A DNA stretch of 64,000 bases from Fimbriimonadales bacterium (GCA_051003155.1 JBPCLO010000052.1:1-64000); one strand, 5' to 3'. Counted from the stretch's first letter, positions 1 through 9,377 are shown. Numbers and translations: made by a program. Notes: a model not told the origin generated them from the sequence alone.

Positions 1-17
1 GTGGCGGCGCCTTCGAC

Positions 18-314
18 GTGTTCTCCATCGACATGGCCGATGTGTTCCTGAATGGTTCCGGCAATCTGGTAACCTTCACCGGAATCCATTCTGACTTGTC
101 GGTCACTGTCAACGTCATTGGCCTAACCAATGGATCGACGCTCGATACCTACGCGCTTACAGGCATGACCGATCTCATCGCGTTGGAGATCCTGGATGCC
201 GACCTCGTAGGTAACGCACTCCAGATCGACAATCTGACTACCGTGCCGGAACCCGCCACACTGGCTGTCCTCGCCCTCGGCGTTGCAGCCTTGGCTCTCC
301 GCCGCCGCAGATAG
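18..314 (+). CDS. PEP-CTERM sorting-domain protein (C-terminal part; gene probably begins before the window)
   Basis: Ends VPEPATLAVLALGVAALALRRRR: PEP motif, TM helix, basic tail. Confidence 0.85.
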   Translation: MFSIDMADVFLNGSGNLVTFTGIHSDLSVTVNVIGLTNGSTLDTYALTGMTDLIALEILDADLVGNALQIDNLTTVPEPATLAVLALGVAALALRRRR

Positions 315-331
315 CTACTTCTGCCTAATTA

Positions 332-365
332 AAGAAGCGGTGCCGACAAATCGGCGCCGCTTCTT
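332..365. terminator. Intrinsic, possibly bidirectional, terminator hairpin
   Basis: aagaagcggtgccga-caaa-tcggcgccgcttctt, 15-bp stem with one G-U, just after the PEP-CTERM stop. Confidence 0.7.
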
Positions 366-381
366 CCCATCTATATGAAGA

Positions 382-437
382 TCGAGGCGAGGGCCGGATT
401 TTAACCGACGACCTGCTATTTAGCAGTTGCTCAACAA
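382..437 (-). pseudogene. Degenerate tRNA-Thr fragment (relic att site)
   Basis: tcgaggcgagggccggattttaaccgacgacctgctattta----gcagttgctcaacaa aligns by eye to the tRNA-Thr at 18242-18301 with substitutions and a 4-nt gap at the anticodon loop. Confidence 0.7.
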
Positions 438-603
438 GCGGGGCGGGTCAACCTCCATCCCGAGAGTCAAACCGCCTTGTAACGTTACGGAAGGCGCGTG
501 CGGGATTCGAACGGACCGCTGATTCATGACGCGACGCTCCAGGACACGAGCTGGTCGCTCCGCATTCTCTAGGGCATTTTCCAGAAGTAAGGAGGTTCTC
601 AAC

Positions 604-1527
604 CTATCCGGACCGCCTTTGGGGTCCTACATTGTGGCTCCCTTCCCCGAACACACAGACCCTGAGGGCTCGCTGCAAGACCTCGACATTGCCCGGAGTC
701 CTCAAGTCGGTCTCGTTGCCGTCAAGTTGGATGGGCAAAGAAGGTTCAGTGCCGATCCGGAAAGACGCTCCTTGATAAACCTTGACATCCTCATCCCGCT
801 GGAGTTGGCCCCAAAGCCCATACCAAATAAGTCGCACCAAGCCCCATCTGGTCAGCCGTTCATTGACGAGAAGCTCCATCTTTCCATCGTCCGCACACGA
901 ATCTGTGAGCAACTTCAGATGAGTAGTGCCCCAAAAGTTCGCGAGCGTCGAGGCTTCAGCGTGGTGCGGGCTCACCTCCTTTCCGTCTACTTCCACTTGT
1001 AGTTGATAAAGCGGCGCTCCAGTCTGCCGTAAGAGACTGACGACGTAGGCCAGTCGTCCAAGTCTCTTCTTGGATCCGTCACCGGTCTGGGTAACGAAAC
1101 GCTCTGTCGCTCCGATCCCCATCCCAAGAACGAAGTAGTGTTCGTCGATCCGGCCCACGTCGATTTCCCGCACCGCGCCGGCTCGAAGCGCTTTCACCGC
1201 AGCCTGGATCTCGCTCGGAATTCCGAGAACTTCTGCGATAAGGTTGGCCGTTCCCATGGGTACGATCGACACGAGCAAGTCACGCCGTCCGCTCTTCATC
1301 ACCGCGTTGACCACTTTGGCCACCGTCCCGTCGCCGCCGCAAGCGCACAAATGATCTATCCCTTCGTTAATCGCCTCTGCAGCTGCTTCTTCGGCGGTCC
1401 TTTGGTCTCCGGCCTCTAACACACGGTAGGCGAGCCCGGAGTCGACGAAGGCCCTCTCGATCTCGCCTCGCCTGTTCTGGCCGGCGCCGGCCTTTACGTT
1501 CAAGATCACTGCAATCTGCGATGTCAT
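604..1527 (-). CDS. Diacylglycerol/lipid kinase family (YegS/DAGK)
   Basis: ILNVKAG, CGGDGT, PMGTANLIA, QLDGN motifs. Confidence 0.9.
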   Translation of the reverse strand: MTSQIAVILNVKAGAGQNRRGEIERAFVDSGLAYRVLEAGDQRTAEEAAAEAINEGIDHLCACGGDGTVAKVVNAVMKSGRRDLLVSIVPMGTANLIAEVLGIPSEIQAAVKALRAGAVREIDVGRIDEHYFVLGMGIGATERFVTQTGDGSKKRLGRLAYVVSLLRQTGAPLYQLQVEVDGKEVSPHHAEASTLANFWGTTHLKLLTDSCADDGKMELLVNERLTRWGLVRLIWYGLWGQLQRDEDVKVYQGASFRIGTEPSLPIQLDGNETDLRTPGNVEVLQRALRVCVFGEGSHNVGPQRRSG

Positions 1528-1715
1528 CGTACTATTGACCAGTCACTGCGAGGGTTCGATGCTTTGTTCTGTTAGACCCGCAGCCGAAGTGATGACTCCC
1601 GGCAAAGGCGGGGAATACTCAGGATCGATTGCAAACACCCTCGACCCACTGAAGATGAAGAAGTGAAAACTGAAAAAGCGTTACCTAACATGCTGCCCGG
1701 TTGGGTCTGCGGTCA

Positions 1716-2094
1716 GTTCAGATCGACAAAGGTCGCGGCCGTACCTGTCCGGTAACCCGCCTGAAAATTGCCTCTTATCTGCGCCTCGCCGACCTGTTGA
1801 GAGTCGCCTACCCCTTTGATCTGTTATTGAACGGCGCCCGCGGGATTGACGTCTACCCAGATCCCGGCGGTGCTGCTCCAGACACCCGCTCGGCTAACGC
1901 ACACCGAAAACGCCATAGCCGCCTTGCAAGCCATTGCTAAGGCCGTCGACCGAAGAAAACATCGCGCCGGCGGGATGCAACGAGATCCCTGACCATTGCG
2001 CGCTCGCCAATCCCACCGCAAACAACGAAGAAAATAGTGCGAAACCTCTGTCGAACGCCACAAGCGCAGCAAATCCCAATGAACCGGGTGGCAT
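1716..2094 (-). pseudogene. Decayed secreted beta-propeller-like repeat protein
   Basis: Signal peptide + AQWSGISLHPAGA; a frameshift leads to GVWSSTAGIWVDVNPAGAVQ, then in-frame TAA, then QIKGVGDSQQVG...GTAATFVDLN*. Confidence 0.65.
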
Positions 2095-2222
2095 AGTGCT
2101 GACTCCGGACCCCTCGGGAGTGCCCAACGCAAAACACTGTCACATCCTTGAATAGCTCCTCTTAGGTGTAGTTGGAGGTGTAGTAAGTCGACGACCGCGA
2201 ACGCCCTACCGATAATAAAAAC

Positions 2223-2268
2223 ATGGAGCCGACGGCCGGATTCGAACCGGCGACCTGCTGTTTACGAA
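2223..2268 (-). repeat. att site: duplicated 3' half of tRNA-Thr(CGT), distal island boundary
   Basis: tggagccgacggccggattcgaaccggcgacctgctgtttacgaa matches 18242-18286 with one mismatch; the flanking aaaaaca is also shared. Confidence 0.95.
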
Positions 2269-2372
2269 TTGGCGGGCGGTGTGTTCATAATCGTTCATAC
2301 AATCGTTTTTTGAGTTCAAAATCGCCGCCGTCTTTTCATAGCCGTTCGCTGTATGCCATAATGATACTTCAC

Positions 2373-2396
2373 ATAAGGCATACAATAAGGTATACA
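2373..2396 (+). promoter_or_regulatory. Putative integrase arm-type binding sites (ATAAGGYATACA x2)
   Basis: ataaggcataca-ataaggtataca here, a matching tandem pair at 18170-18193, and an inverted variant tgtatgccata at 2350-2360. Confidence 0.75.
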
Positions 2397-2405
2397 AAAT
2401 AGACG

Positions 2406-3545
2406 ATGGGAAAAAAGCGAAGTAGGCACGGCTGGACAACATCGAAGTTCCGTGACGGCTACCAGGCGCGAGTGACTCTCAAAGGTCGTTACAATGAAGC
2501 TGGAAACCCGAAGCGGAAGGCATTCTACGCAAAAACGAAAGCAGAGGCGGATCGCAGAGCGCGAGAATTCCTGCAGCAGTTCGAAAGAGGGAGTTCGATA
2601 TTAGGCGGGAGCGCTACCACGGTCACTCAATGGTTCGACTACTGGCTAAGGACGTTCATCGAGCCTCCAAATCGCGAGCCCAAGACGTACCGCAGTTACG
2701 AGGGATATGTGAGGTTGTACGTCAATCCGATGCTTGGCCGAGTTCGCCTCCGCGATTTATCCACGGCTCAAGTGAAGGAGCTCATGAATTCGGCGGCAAA
2801 GGGCGGCCTAGGGCCCTACTCGTTGCGGAACCTCCGAGCGACGCTGCGAGCTGGATTACAACAGGCATTTATCGAAGAGCACGTCTTGCAAAACGCGGCC
2901 GCGAGGATCAAGGCTCCGAAGATCGAAAGAAGTGAACCTGTGCACCTCGAGGCCGAGCAAGTGGTCCGCTTCCTCGATAGCGTCAAGGTTCACCCGCTAG
3001 GGCCGCTGTTCGCGTTCGCATTGCATACCGGTGCAAGGGTAGGCGAGGCTACCGGTCTTCGTTTTGAAGACGTCGACTTCGCTGCCGAAAAGGTTTCTAT
3101 CCGTGTTCAGCTCCAGCGAATAAACGGGAAACTCGTTCACAAGAGCCTAAAGAGCCTTTCAGCCCGCCGTACCAATCACCTCGTCCCCGAGGCCGTCGAA
3201 GCGCTGCAGGCGGCCAAGGTTTCCCAGATGATCAACGGTTACGACAATCCGCTGGGGCTCGTCTTTCTGAATCCCGAAGGAAGGCCCCTCGATCCTAAAT
3301 ACGTCGACAAGAAGCTAAAGACCGCCCTCACTGCCGCGGGGCTACCGCCCCTCGGCTTCCATAAGTTGCGCCATACGGCGGCCACACTCATGCTAGCCGA
3401 AGGCGGTGATCTGCACGCGGTAAAGAACGTTCTCGGCCATAGCCAAATATCCCTAACGACAGATCTTTACGGGCACCCGGACCACGAAGCCAACCAGAAG
3501 GCAGTGGAACGACTAGCCAATGCATTCCGGCGGAAGCGTGGGTAG
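2406..3545 (+). CDS. int: Tyrosine recombinase / phage-type integrase
   Basis: N-terminal arm-binding region (RKAFYAKTKAEA), TGARVGE, FHKLRHTAAT, LGHSQISLTTDLYGH catalytic R-H-R-H-Y. Confidence 0.97.
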   Translation: MGKKRSRHGWTTSKFRDGYQARVTLKGRYNEAGNPKRKAFYAKTKAEADRRAREFLQQFERGSSILGGSATTVTQWFDYWLRTFIEPPNREPKTYRSYEGYVRLYVNPMLGRVRLRDLSTAQVKELMNSAAKGGLGPYSLRNLRATLRAGLQQAFIEEHVLQNAAARIKAPKIERSEPVHLEAEQVVRFLDSVKVHPLGPLFAFALHTGARVGEATGLRFEDVDFAAEKVSIRVQLQRINGKLVHKSLKSLSARRTNHLVPEAVEALQAAKVSQMINGYDNPLGLVFLNPEGRPLDPKYVDKKLKTALTAAGLPPLGFHKLRHTAATLMLAEGGDLHAVKNVLGHSQISLTTDLYGHPDHEANQKAVERLANAFRRKRG

Positions 3546-3871
3546 CGTCACCCTGCTTTCCGGTGATTCCTCGCACGCGTTTTTTATAAAGGGCATCTCA
3601 CTGAAGGGCGATTCGTGGCATGAATAAGGGCGAACGGCTATGAACGCCACTTTTGACCCTTCAGAATCGCGGGCTACAGATGGTGTCTTCCCACCTTGGA
3701 TGGACCTCTACGGCGATCGCAGGGCCGTCGGCTTAGCCTTTCCGCGTTGAGGCACGGCGCAATCTCCACAGGATCGGGCGAATAGAGTGGCGCGAGAATT
3801 CACTTGGACACAACAAAGCGGCAAGCCGCAAGCGAACGCGAAAGGATAGTCGTGTGCTCTATCAGGCGAAT

Positions 3872-3965
3872 AGTCCTCTGCCTCGAAAAAGGCAGTAAGA
3901 AACCACCGCACCGACCATAGTCACGATCCTTCTTGCTGAGATAGGCGTTTGTCATCTTCATGGAG
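3872..3965. repeat. Repeat C copy 1 (gene-fragment-derived; copy 2 at ~6966-7062)
   Basis: 41-bp identical core 3915-3955 = 7011-7051; minus strand encodes MTNAYLSKKDRDYGR. Confidence 0.9.
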
Positions 3966-4247
3966 TTGGGTGTTTTGGATCTCCTCGATTCGGTCACAGG
4001 GGCCCACCACGGTGGCGGAATCAGGAGTACCCGTCCACTGCACTCTGTAGCCGCCGCCCACGACTCCGAGCTGTCGGCCCGAGAATACGCCGACGGTGTA
4101 AGAGAAACTTACGAGCGGCGGATTAAGGTCGGTAAAGACCCATTGCGCGGAGCAGGTGCTGACAAGCGCCGCGGCAATTGTTAAACCGCAAACATTGCGA
4201 AGGCCCAGCATGCCTGGAACGGCGATGGCTACGGCGCACTCTGACAT
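3966..4247 (-). pseudogene. Truncated secreted propeller-repeat protein (5' fragment)
   Basis: Signal peptide then AQWVFTDLNPP...GRQLGVVG...WTGTPDS; same style as 1716-2094; runs into repeat C. Confidence 0.55.
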
Positions 4248-4320
4248 TGTCTAATTCTTCTCCTGTATCTCGTGCATTTCAACGCGCTTTGCGGTATACT
4301 CTTTGGAGAGGCAATAAAAG

Positions 4321-4863
4321 GTGATCCTCAAAGCGAGTATGCGCCCGTTCCTCATCGGAGCTTTCGCGACCGTGATTCCGCTGGCGCTCGCCCGATTCTC
4401 CCTCCCCCTCCCCGCCCCTACGGAGCTTGCGCCCGCATCGCCCACAGCATACTGGCTGAAAGATGTGGCCGGCTCGCGAATCTCAATGCCGGTTACCGAT
4501 TCGAGGGGCTTGCACATCCCGAAAGCTCGAACTTATCTATTGGTACTGCTCACCTGCAACGAGTGTTCTTCACGGTCACCGGAGCCAACCGAGTTCTTGG
4601 TTCGAGGGACCGACGTACCGGTGATCCTCTCGTTTAGCGAGCAGATTGACGAGGTTCCTCCCAAACTAAGGGAGAGCCAAGACGTCTTCCTTGTCGCTGG
4701 TAAGGATTCGGAGTTCCTGCCCGTAGAGTGGCGATGGAGCGCGCCGCAAGCCTTCGTCGTGCGGCATGGCAAGATAACCGAAACTCCCGGTGACCACGAG
4801 TCACTCGATGCGTTTATCCAGCGTATTAGGCTGGCTATCGGAGGTCATCATGCGACCGAATGA
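4321..4863 (+). CDS. Membrane-anchored/exported thioredoxin-fold-like CxxC protein
   Basis: N-terminal hydrophobic segment, TDSRG, LLVLLTCNECS, and APQAFVVRHGKI resembling a cis-Pro strand. Confidence 0.55.
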   Translation: MILKASMRPFLIGAFATVIPLALARFSLPLPAPTELAPASPTAYWLKDVAGSRISMPVTDSRGLHIPKARTYLLVLLTCNECSSRSPEPTEFLVRGTDVPVILSFSEQIDEVPPKLRESQDVFLVAGKDSEFLPVEWRWSAPQAFVVRHGKITETPGDHESLDAFIQRIRLAIGGHHATE

Positions 4864-5410
4864 TCTTCGACGAGCGTTTACGCTCCTCGAAACGCTCTCG
4901 GTAGTGGCGATCATCGCCGCTTTGACGGCCATCATCACGCCGATCTACAGCGCGGCGATCCTTGGAGCAAAGACGCAGAGTTCGATTCAGAGACTTCGAC
5001 AGTTCCATGTGGCTATCTCGTTATATCAAAGCCAGTGGGACTTCAAGGGATACGACTCGGTCGAGGCTTTGGCCCTGCCCGATGTCGTCGCGTTCACAAC
5101 CATGTTCCCGCGACATATGTATGGCAGCCCATGCGGCTGGAATCAGGCATTCAGCCCTGATAACGCCAACGTCGGCTGGGCCTACATTTACTCTGAGCCC
5201 CTGCCTTGGGGACTCAAAGTATTCCGCCAATACAGGCAGAATTCCGTGCTCGTTATCGACTACCAGTGCAACGGAGGCGCAGTGGGAGTTGCCGATCCGC
5301 TTGCGCATAAACGGGTTCTCGGTCTGTTGCTCAGCGGCGAAGTTGTGAACCGATGGACTACTGGAGACGTGTACGCATGGTCGACGTACACGAAGCCTCC
5401 CGACCCGTGA
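4850..5410 (+). CDS. Prepilin-type N-terminal cleavage/methylation protein (pseudopilin-like)
   Basis: GGAGG RBS; RRA|FTLLETLSVVAIIAALTAIITP class III signal with E5; SIQRLRQFHVAISLY helix. Confidence 0.9.
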   Translation: MRPNDLRRAFTLLETLSVVAIIAALTAIITPIYSAAILGAKTQSSIQRLRQFHVAISLYQSQWDFKGYDSVEALALPDVVAFTTMFPRHMYGSPCGWNQAFSPDNANVGWAYIYSEPLPWGLKVFRQYRQNSVLVIDYQCNGGAVGVADPLAHKRVLGLLLSGEVVNRWTTGDVYAWSTYTKPPDP

Positions 5411-5427
5411 TCGGAAGAAGGAGAATC

Positions 5428-5829
5428 ATGAGAAAATCGACAATACTTCTAAGGAAGTGCGGTGCAATGCTTCTTGGAATGGCTACCGTTCTATCGTTCG
5501 ACGCCTACATACAAGTAGCGCTCGCTGACGGCGGCGTCGAGGTGGATCCCGCGAATTGTGAAGGACTGCCGCTGCCCCCACCTCCGAGCGGCACCAATGG
5601 ACCCGAGTGCACGGCGCGCAATCCCACCTGCACGCCAACCAGGGTTTACACCTCATGGATGAATTACTGTTGCCGCGATACCGCCGCTGGCCGGTGTGTC
5701 CAGGTTCAGATTCGTAGGCAGTGCTGCGAGGTCGGCCGCACACACGCCCGGGGATGGGCTTACAGGGAGCTCGCCCCCGATCTGTCCACGACCTGCGATT
5801 TCAATAGCTGGCCCGGAGCCTGCTCTTGA
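5428..5829 (+). CDS. Secreted cysteine-rich protein (10 Cys in the predicted mature part)
   Basis: AAGGAG RBS, signal peptide ending ALA|DG, C-C-C-CC-C-CC-C-C pattern. Confidence 0.75.
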   Translation: MRKSTILLRKCGAMLLGMATVLSFDAYIQVALADGGVEVDPANCEGLPLPPPPSGTNGPECTARNPTCTPTRVYTSWMNYCCRDTAAGRCVQVQIRRQCCEVGRTHARGWAYRELAPDLSTTCDFNSWPGACS

Positions 5830-6503
5830 GATCGGGCCAGCCCGCCAAACCTTACGGCAACGCCGTTGTACTAAGCGTCGGGTTTCTGGCTCTATTGTTC
5901 TTGCTGGTCTGGGCGTATATTAGATTCAGGCCCCCACAATCAGCGGAGACGGTGGCCAGAAAAGGCATGGCCAGGCTGCTGAGCGGGGATTCGGACGGTG
6001 TTTATAACCTCCTTTCCAGGGCCGAGGTCGATAACCTTCAGTTGACGCGCGAGCGACTCCGCCGATACGTCACGGAGTATCTCGAACCGCGGATCGCCGG
6101 TTTCAAAGCAGATGGAGGCCCTCGAGTCGATACGACCCCATCGAGCGGCACCGTTACTGTGGATCAAATGATGAAGCACTCCGATGGCCGCGCTTTCCTT
6201 CTAACGCTGCAAGCTAGCCCAGTTGGAAGGCAGGACGCTCAGTTAAACGCATTCGTAGCGAATACCTATCTTTCCGTTCACTGGTCCAAGCTTGCCCCAG
6301 GGCAGTCTATTCCGCCTGCCCGTGAGCGGCGCAAAGCCTGGATCGAAACTGCGAAAGCTGATCGGGGCCAGCTTGAATCGATCGGCATTCCAGGCTTCCT
6401 GGGCGTGAACAACGATTATCGCACTTGGGGCGATTGGATCGAGCACAACGAAGAAGCATTGGGTCCAAATGTGGGATTTGGCAAAGGGGTGCCAATTCGA
6501 TGA
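5826..6503 (+). CDS. Single-TM membrane-anchored hypothetical protein
   Basis: TTGA start/stop overlap with the previous gene; TM VVLSVGFLALLFLLVWAYI. Confidence 0.7.
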   Translation: MRSGQPAKPYGNAVVLSVGFLALLFLLVWAYIRFRPPQSAETVARKGMARLLSGDSDGVYNLLSRAEVDNLQLTRERLRRYVTEYLEPRIAGFKADGGPRVDTTPSSGTVTVDQMMKHSDGRAFLLTLQASPVGRQDAQLNAFVANTYLSVHWSKLAPGQSIPPARERRKAWIETAKADRGQLESIGIPGFLGVNNDYRTWGDWIEHNEEALGPNVGFGKGVPIR

Positions 6504-6534
6504 ACGACTTTGCGCGGGTGAGGAAATTCGTGAA

Positions 6535-6870
6535 ATGATCGAGACTATCCCGACGTTAGTCGTGGAAACCGAGGGAGCGGTCGACACGGGCCTTCGCATG
6601 GTTCTGGAGTGGGTGCCTCAAGTTTTTCGCGAGAGACTCTGGGCCGTTCTCGATTTCAACTACGCCCGTTTTCTAGATGGTTACGGACCTCTCGATTTGC
6701 CGTTCGTAGACGATGATACAATTCGAGAGATATCGTGGGCCGAGATAACGTTGGCTTCCACGATCGTATTTCAACCGCAGGACTTTGAGTTTGGCTGCCT
6801 GAAGGCGGGGCATCGTTATAGAGGGGCCGAGCGCAGGGAGTCCTTCGAATTGGTGATCGGCGGCCCGTAG
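6535..6870 (+). CDS. Acidic hypothetical protein or fragment
   Basis: ORF with GAGG RBS before MIETIP; no recognisable motif. Confidence 0.35.
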   Translation: MIETIPTLVVETEGAVDTGLRMVLEWVPQVFRERLWAVLDFNYARFLDGYGPLDLPFVDDDTIREISWAEITLASTIVFQPQDFEFGCLKAGHRYRGAERRESFELVIGGP

Positions 6871-6965
6871 GACGCGTTTAGCGTCTTTGCCCATAGGATA
6901 CTGACCCGGCGAACCGTGCGGACGAAGACGGACGGCGTTTTGACGAGCGCATCGCGATAAACGCG

Positions 6966-7062
6966 AGTCCTCTCCCTCGAAAAAACGCTGTGAGATACCA
7001 GCGAACCCGGCCATAGTCACGATCCTTCTTGCTGAGATAGGCGTTTGTCATTTGCATGGGGT
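6966..7062. repeat. Repeat C copy 2
   Basis: See copy 1; the flanks diverge largely synonymously (RWYLTAFF vs RWFLTAFF). Confidence 0.9.
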
Positions 7063-7164
7063 ACTCCCTCGTGACCGCTGCCCGGGCCATCGTACCGCGC
7101 TCGAACAGACCCGCATGACGATGACTTGGGACGGCACGAACTACTGGTCGTCCTCCGGAGGCGC

Positions 7165-7345
7165 GATATACTTCTGATCGAGGGGTCGACCTGCATCATT
7201 TAGGAAGACGAGACCAAGCGGGTTCGCGGGCCCGTCGATCAGCTGCGCTGCCTTCGCGGCCTCCAGGACCTCCATAGCTCCGCTAATCGGAAGCGTTCGG
7301 CGGCTTGACTGGCTTTTGAGCGGCTTATGGATCAGTTCGCTGCCA
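7165..7345 (-). pseudogene. Integrase remnant, paralogous and inverted relative to 2406-3545
   Basis: HKPLKSQSSRRT...NPLGLVFLNDAGRPLDQKYI vs HKSLKSLSARRT...NPLGLVFLNPEGRPLDPKYV. Confidence 0.88.
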
Positions 7346-7438
7346 GCGCTGAAGCTGAATGGCGATTCGCGGCATCCCTCGGACTGCCTAGTCAACGGAC
7401 TCCTACAATCAGTATGTCACAGAGAAGATTGATGCCGA

Positions 7439-7516
7439 ATCGCTCTTACAATGAATGAGTCTTGGGCAGCGGCGCGCTAAGCGATTGACGCAAGTGGGTG
7501 CAGTCTGCTCTGGGCC
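7439..7516. repeat. Repeat A copy 1 (copy 2 at 11744-11821)
   Basis: 78 bp, 7 substitutions by manual alignment. Confidence 0.9.
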
Positions 7517-7533
7517 ACCGGTACGGTACCCGC

Positions 7534-7998
7534 TCAAGTGCTCGGACGGCGCGAGACCATTTGTGTTGAAGTAACTTCAAAAACCTGCTCGCCTCGCTGG
7601 TTGAAAAGCCGCGTGCGCAGACGGATTATTCCGAGAGAGGGTTTCGATTTCGACTCGCGCTTGTCGAGCACTTCGGTCATTCCGCTTAACGTGTCGCCGG
7701 GCAAAACGGGCCTTGGCCATTTGAGCGATTCCACCCCAAGGCCGACCCACCCGCCCGCCAACCGCAACGGGCCTGTGACACGAAGCCGCATCGCCAGCGC
7801 AGCAGTATGCCATCCGCTGGCAACGAGCTGGCCGAAGATGCTCGCTTTTGCACACTCTTCATCCAAGTGAAACGGCTGGGGGTCGAACCGTTCCGCGAAC
7901 TCGATAATCTCTTCCTTCGAAATCGTAGCAGAACCGGACTGATATTCGACACCGACCCCCAAATCCTCGAAGTACTTCAGGTTATTCGCGCAACTCAT
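7534..7998 (-). CDS. MaoC-family dehydratase
   Basis: FAERFDPQPFHLDEE, VASGWHTA, PVLPGDTL. Confidence 0.92.
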   Translation of the reverse strand: MSCANNLKYFEDLGVGVEYQSGSATISKEEIIEFAERFDPQPFHLDEECAKASIFGQLVASGWHTAALAMRLRVTGPLRLAGGWVGLGVESLKWPRPVLPGDTLSGMTEVLDKRESKSKPSLGIIRLRTRLFNQRGEQVFEVTSTQMVSRRPST

Positions 7999-8099
7999 TC
8001 GTACAGTGCATAGCAAAAACGGAAAGCGATTACATCGACTTCCCCGAGCCCTCAACACCCATGGCGCAGTAACCGAAATGAATCATAGGTCATTCAAGC

Positions 8100-9139
8100 C
8101 TATCCGGCTTCGCTTAATAGCTCTCCGATTTTCTGCTCCAATTGTTCACCACGGATATTCTTCGCGCGGATTACTCCTTTCGCATCTATAACATAAATCG
8201 TTGGCCATCCGCGGACATACCACGCGGAAGCCAAGGGCCATCGGTAGATCCGTCTACGACATTTCGCCAAGTAATCCCGTTCTCCTTCATTATCTTCTGA
8301 ACGACCGACCGGTCGCCGTCGCTATTGATTCCGATAAAAGCAAAAGGTTTGTCTTTGAGTTTTTCGACCATTTCCTTTTCGTGCGGAATCATGCTTCTAC
8401 ATGGGCCTCACCAAAAGCCCCAAAATACAACCACAGTCACTTTGCCGCGGTAATCGCTGAGATTAAAGGCAACGCCATCCTGATCCGTTGCGCGAAAGTC
8501 TGGCGCAGTCGCCCCAACAACCAAGTTGTCCATGGCGAAAATCGCGGCCTTGGCTCTCGCCGCAGCCTTGGTTTTGGGATATTGTCCTATCATGCGCGTC
8601 ATCACCATCCTGGCGCGATCGCGATCGCCCGTGCCGTCGTATCCTTTATAGAAGGTCCCGACGCGCAACATTACCGCTCCAGATTTTGTTTCATCGTCAT
8701 TGGAGAAGTGTTCGACTCTCGACAACAACTTTAGGGCTTTATCCGTCGGCGTACCGCTATAAATAATGTACATGGACGCGTTCAGCAGCTTGCTGCTGTC
8801 CGAATTCTCCGTAATCAACGCTTCGACGGCGCGAGCCACCGCGTCAGGATTGCGAGCATGCGCCCCAAGCTCAGCTGCGAAGACGAGCGCGTCTTCGGCG
8901 GCAGGATCTCCATTTGCTCTTTTCGCAAGATTGAACGCCTTGGGAATGTAATTCGCTGCAGGCCCACTGGTCATGTCGATGGCTTTGCCCTGCTGGGCCT
9001 GCGCTAGTAGGGCGGCATGATGAGCGTTTTGGTCCGCGGCGAACGAGGCCTTGAGTTTTTCCAACTCCTTCGCGTAGTCGGTCGCTAATGCGCCGCCCAT
9101 CAAGAGCACGCTTACGAAAAACAGCATCAATCGGCGCAT
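8100..9139 (-). CDS. Exported TlpA/ResA-like redoxin; candidate selenoprotein (UGPC) with a 1-nt frameshift near 8235
   Basis: LSDYRGKVTVVVFWGFW-TGA(8408-8410)-GPCRSMIPHE in frame; restoring one base near 8235 gives LASAWYVRGWPTIYVIDAKGVIR to TAG at 8100. Confidence 0.8.
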
Positions 9140-9232
9140 GGGTTCACCTCCAGAGTGTAATCGCATTCTACATCACGTTCCGTTTTTGCGTTGTGAAAAC
9201 TTCATGGAATTGGACAGGCAGGGGCTCACGAT

Positions 9233-9321
9233 CAACGGAGAGGCTCGTCCGAGGCAGAACACGATATTCTATACCCCTCGTCTCTCAAGGGCCAAAAGTG
9301 GCGTTCATAGAGGTTCGCCGC
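9233..9321. repeat. Repeat B copy 1 (copy 2 at 11856-11944; inverted partial copy at ~3620-3661)
   Basis: 89 bp, 1 mismatch; carries minus-strand TTGGCC-N18-TAGAAT. Confidence 0.92.
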
Positions 9322-9377
9322 TATTCATACATAATGAGCATGGGGAAGCCCGCTTCAAAGCGGGCTCGGAGGGAACA

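Noticed and set aside
494..515. gcgggattcgaac, a tRNA T-arm-like fragment
   Set aside because: Too short, with no further cloverleaf.
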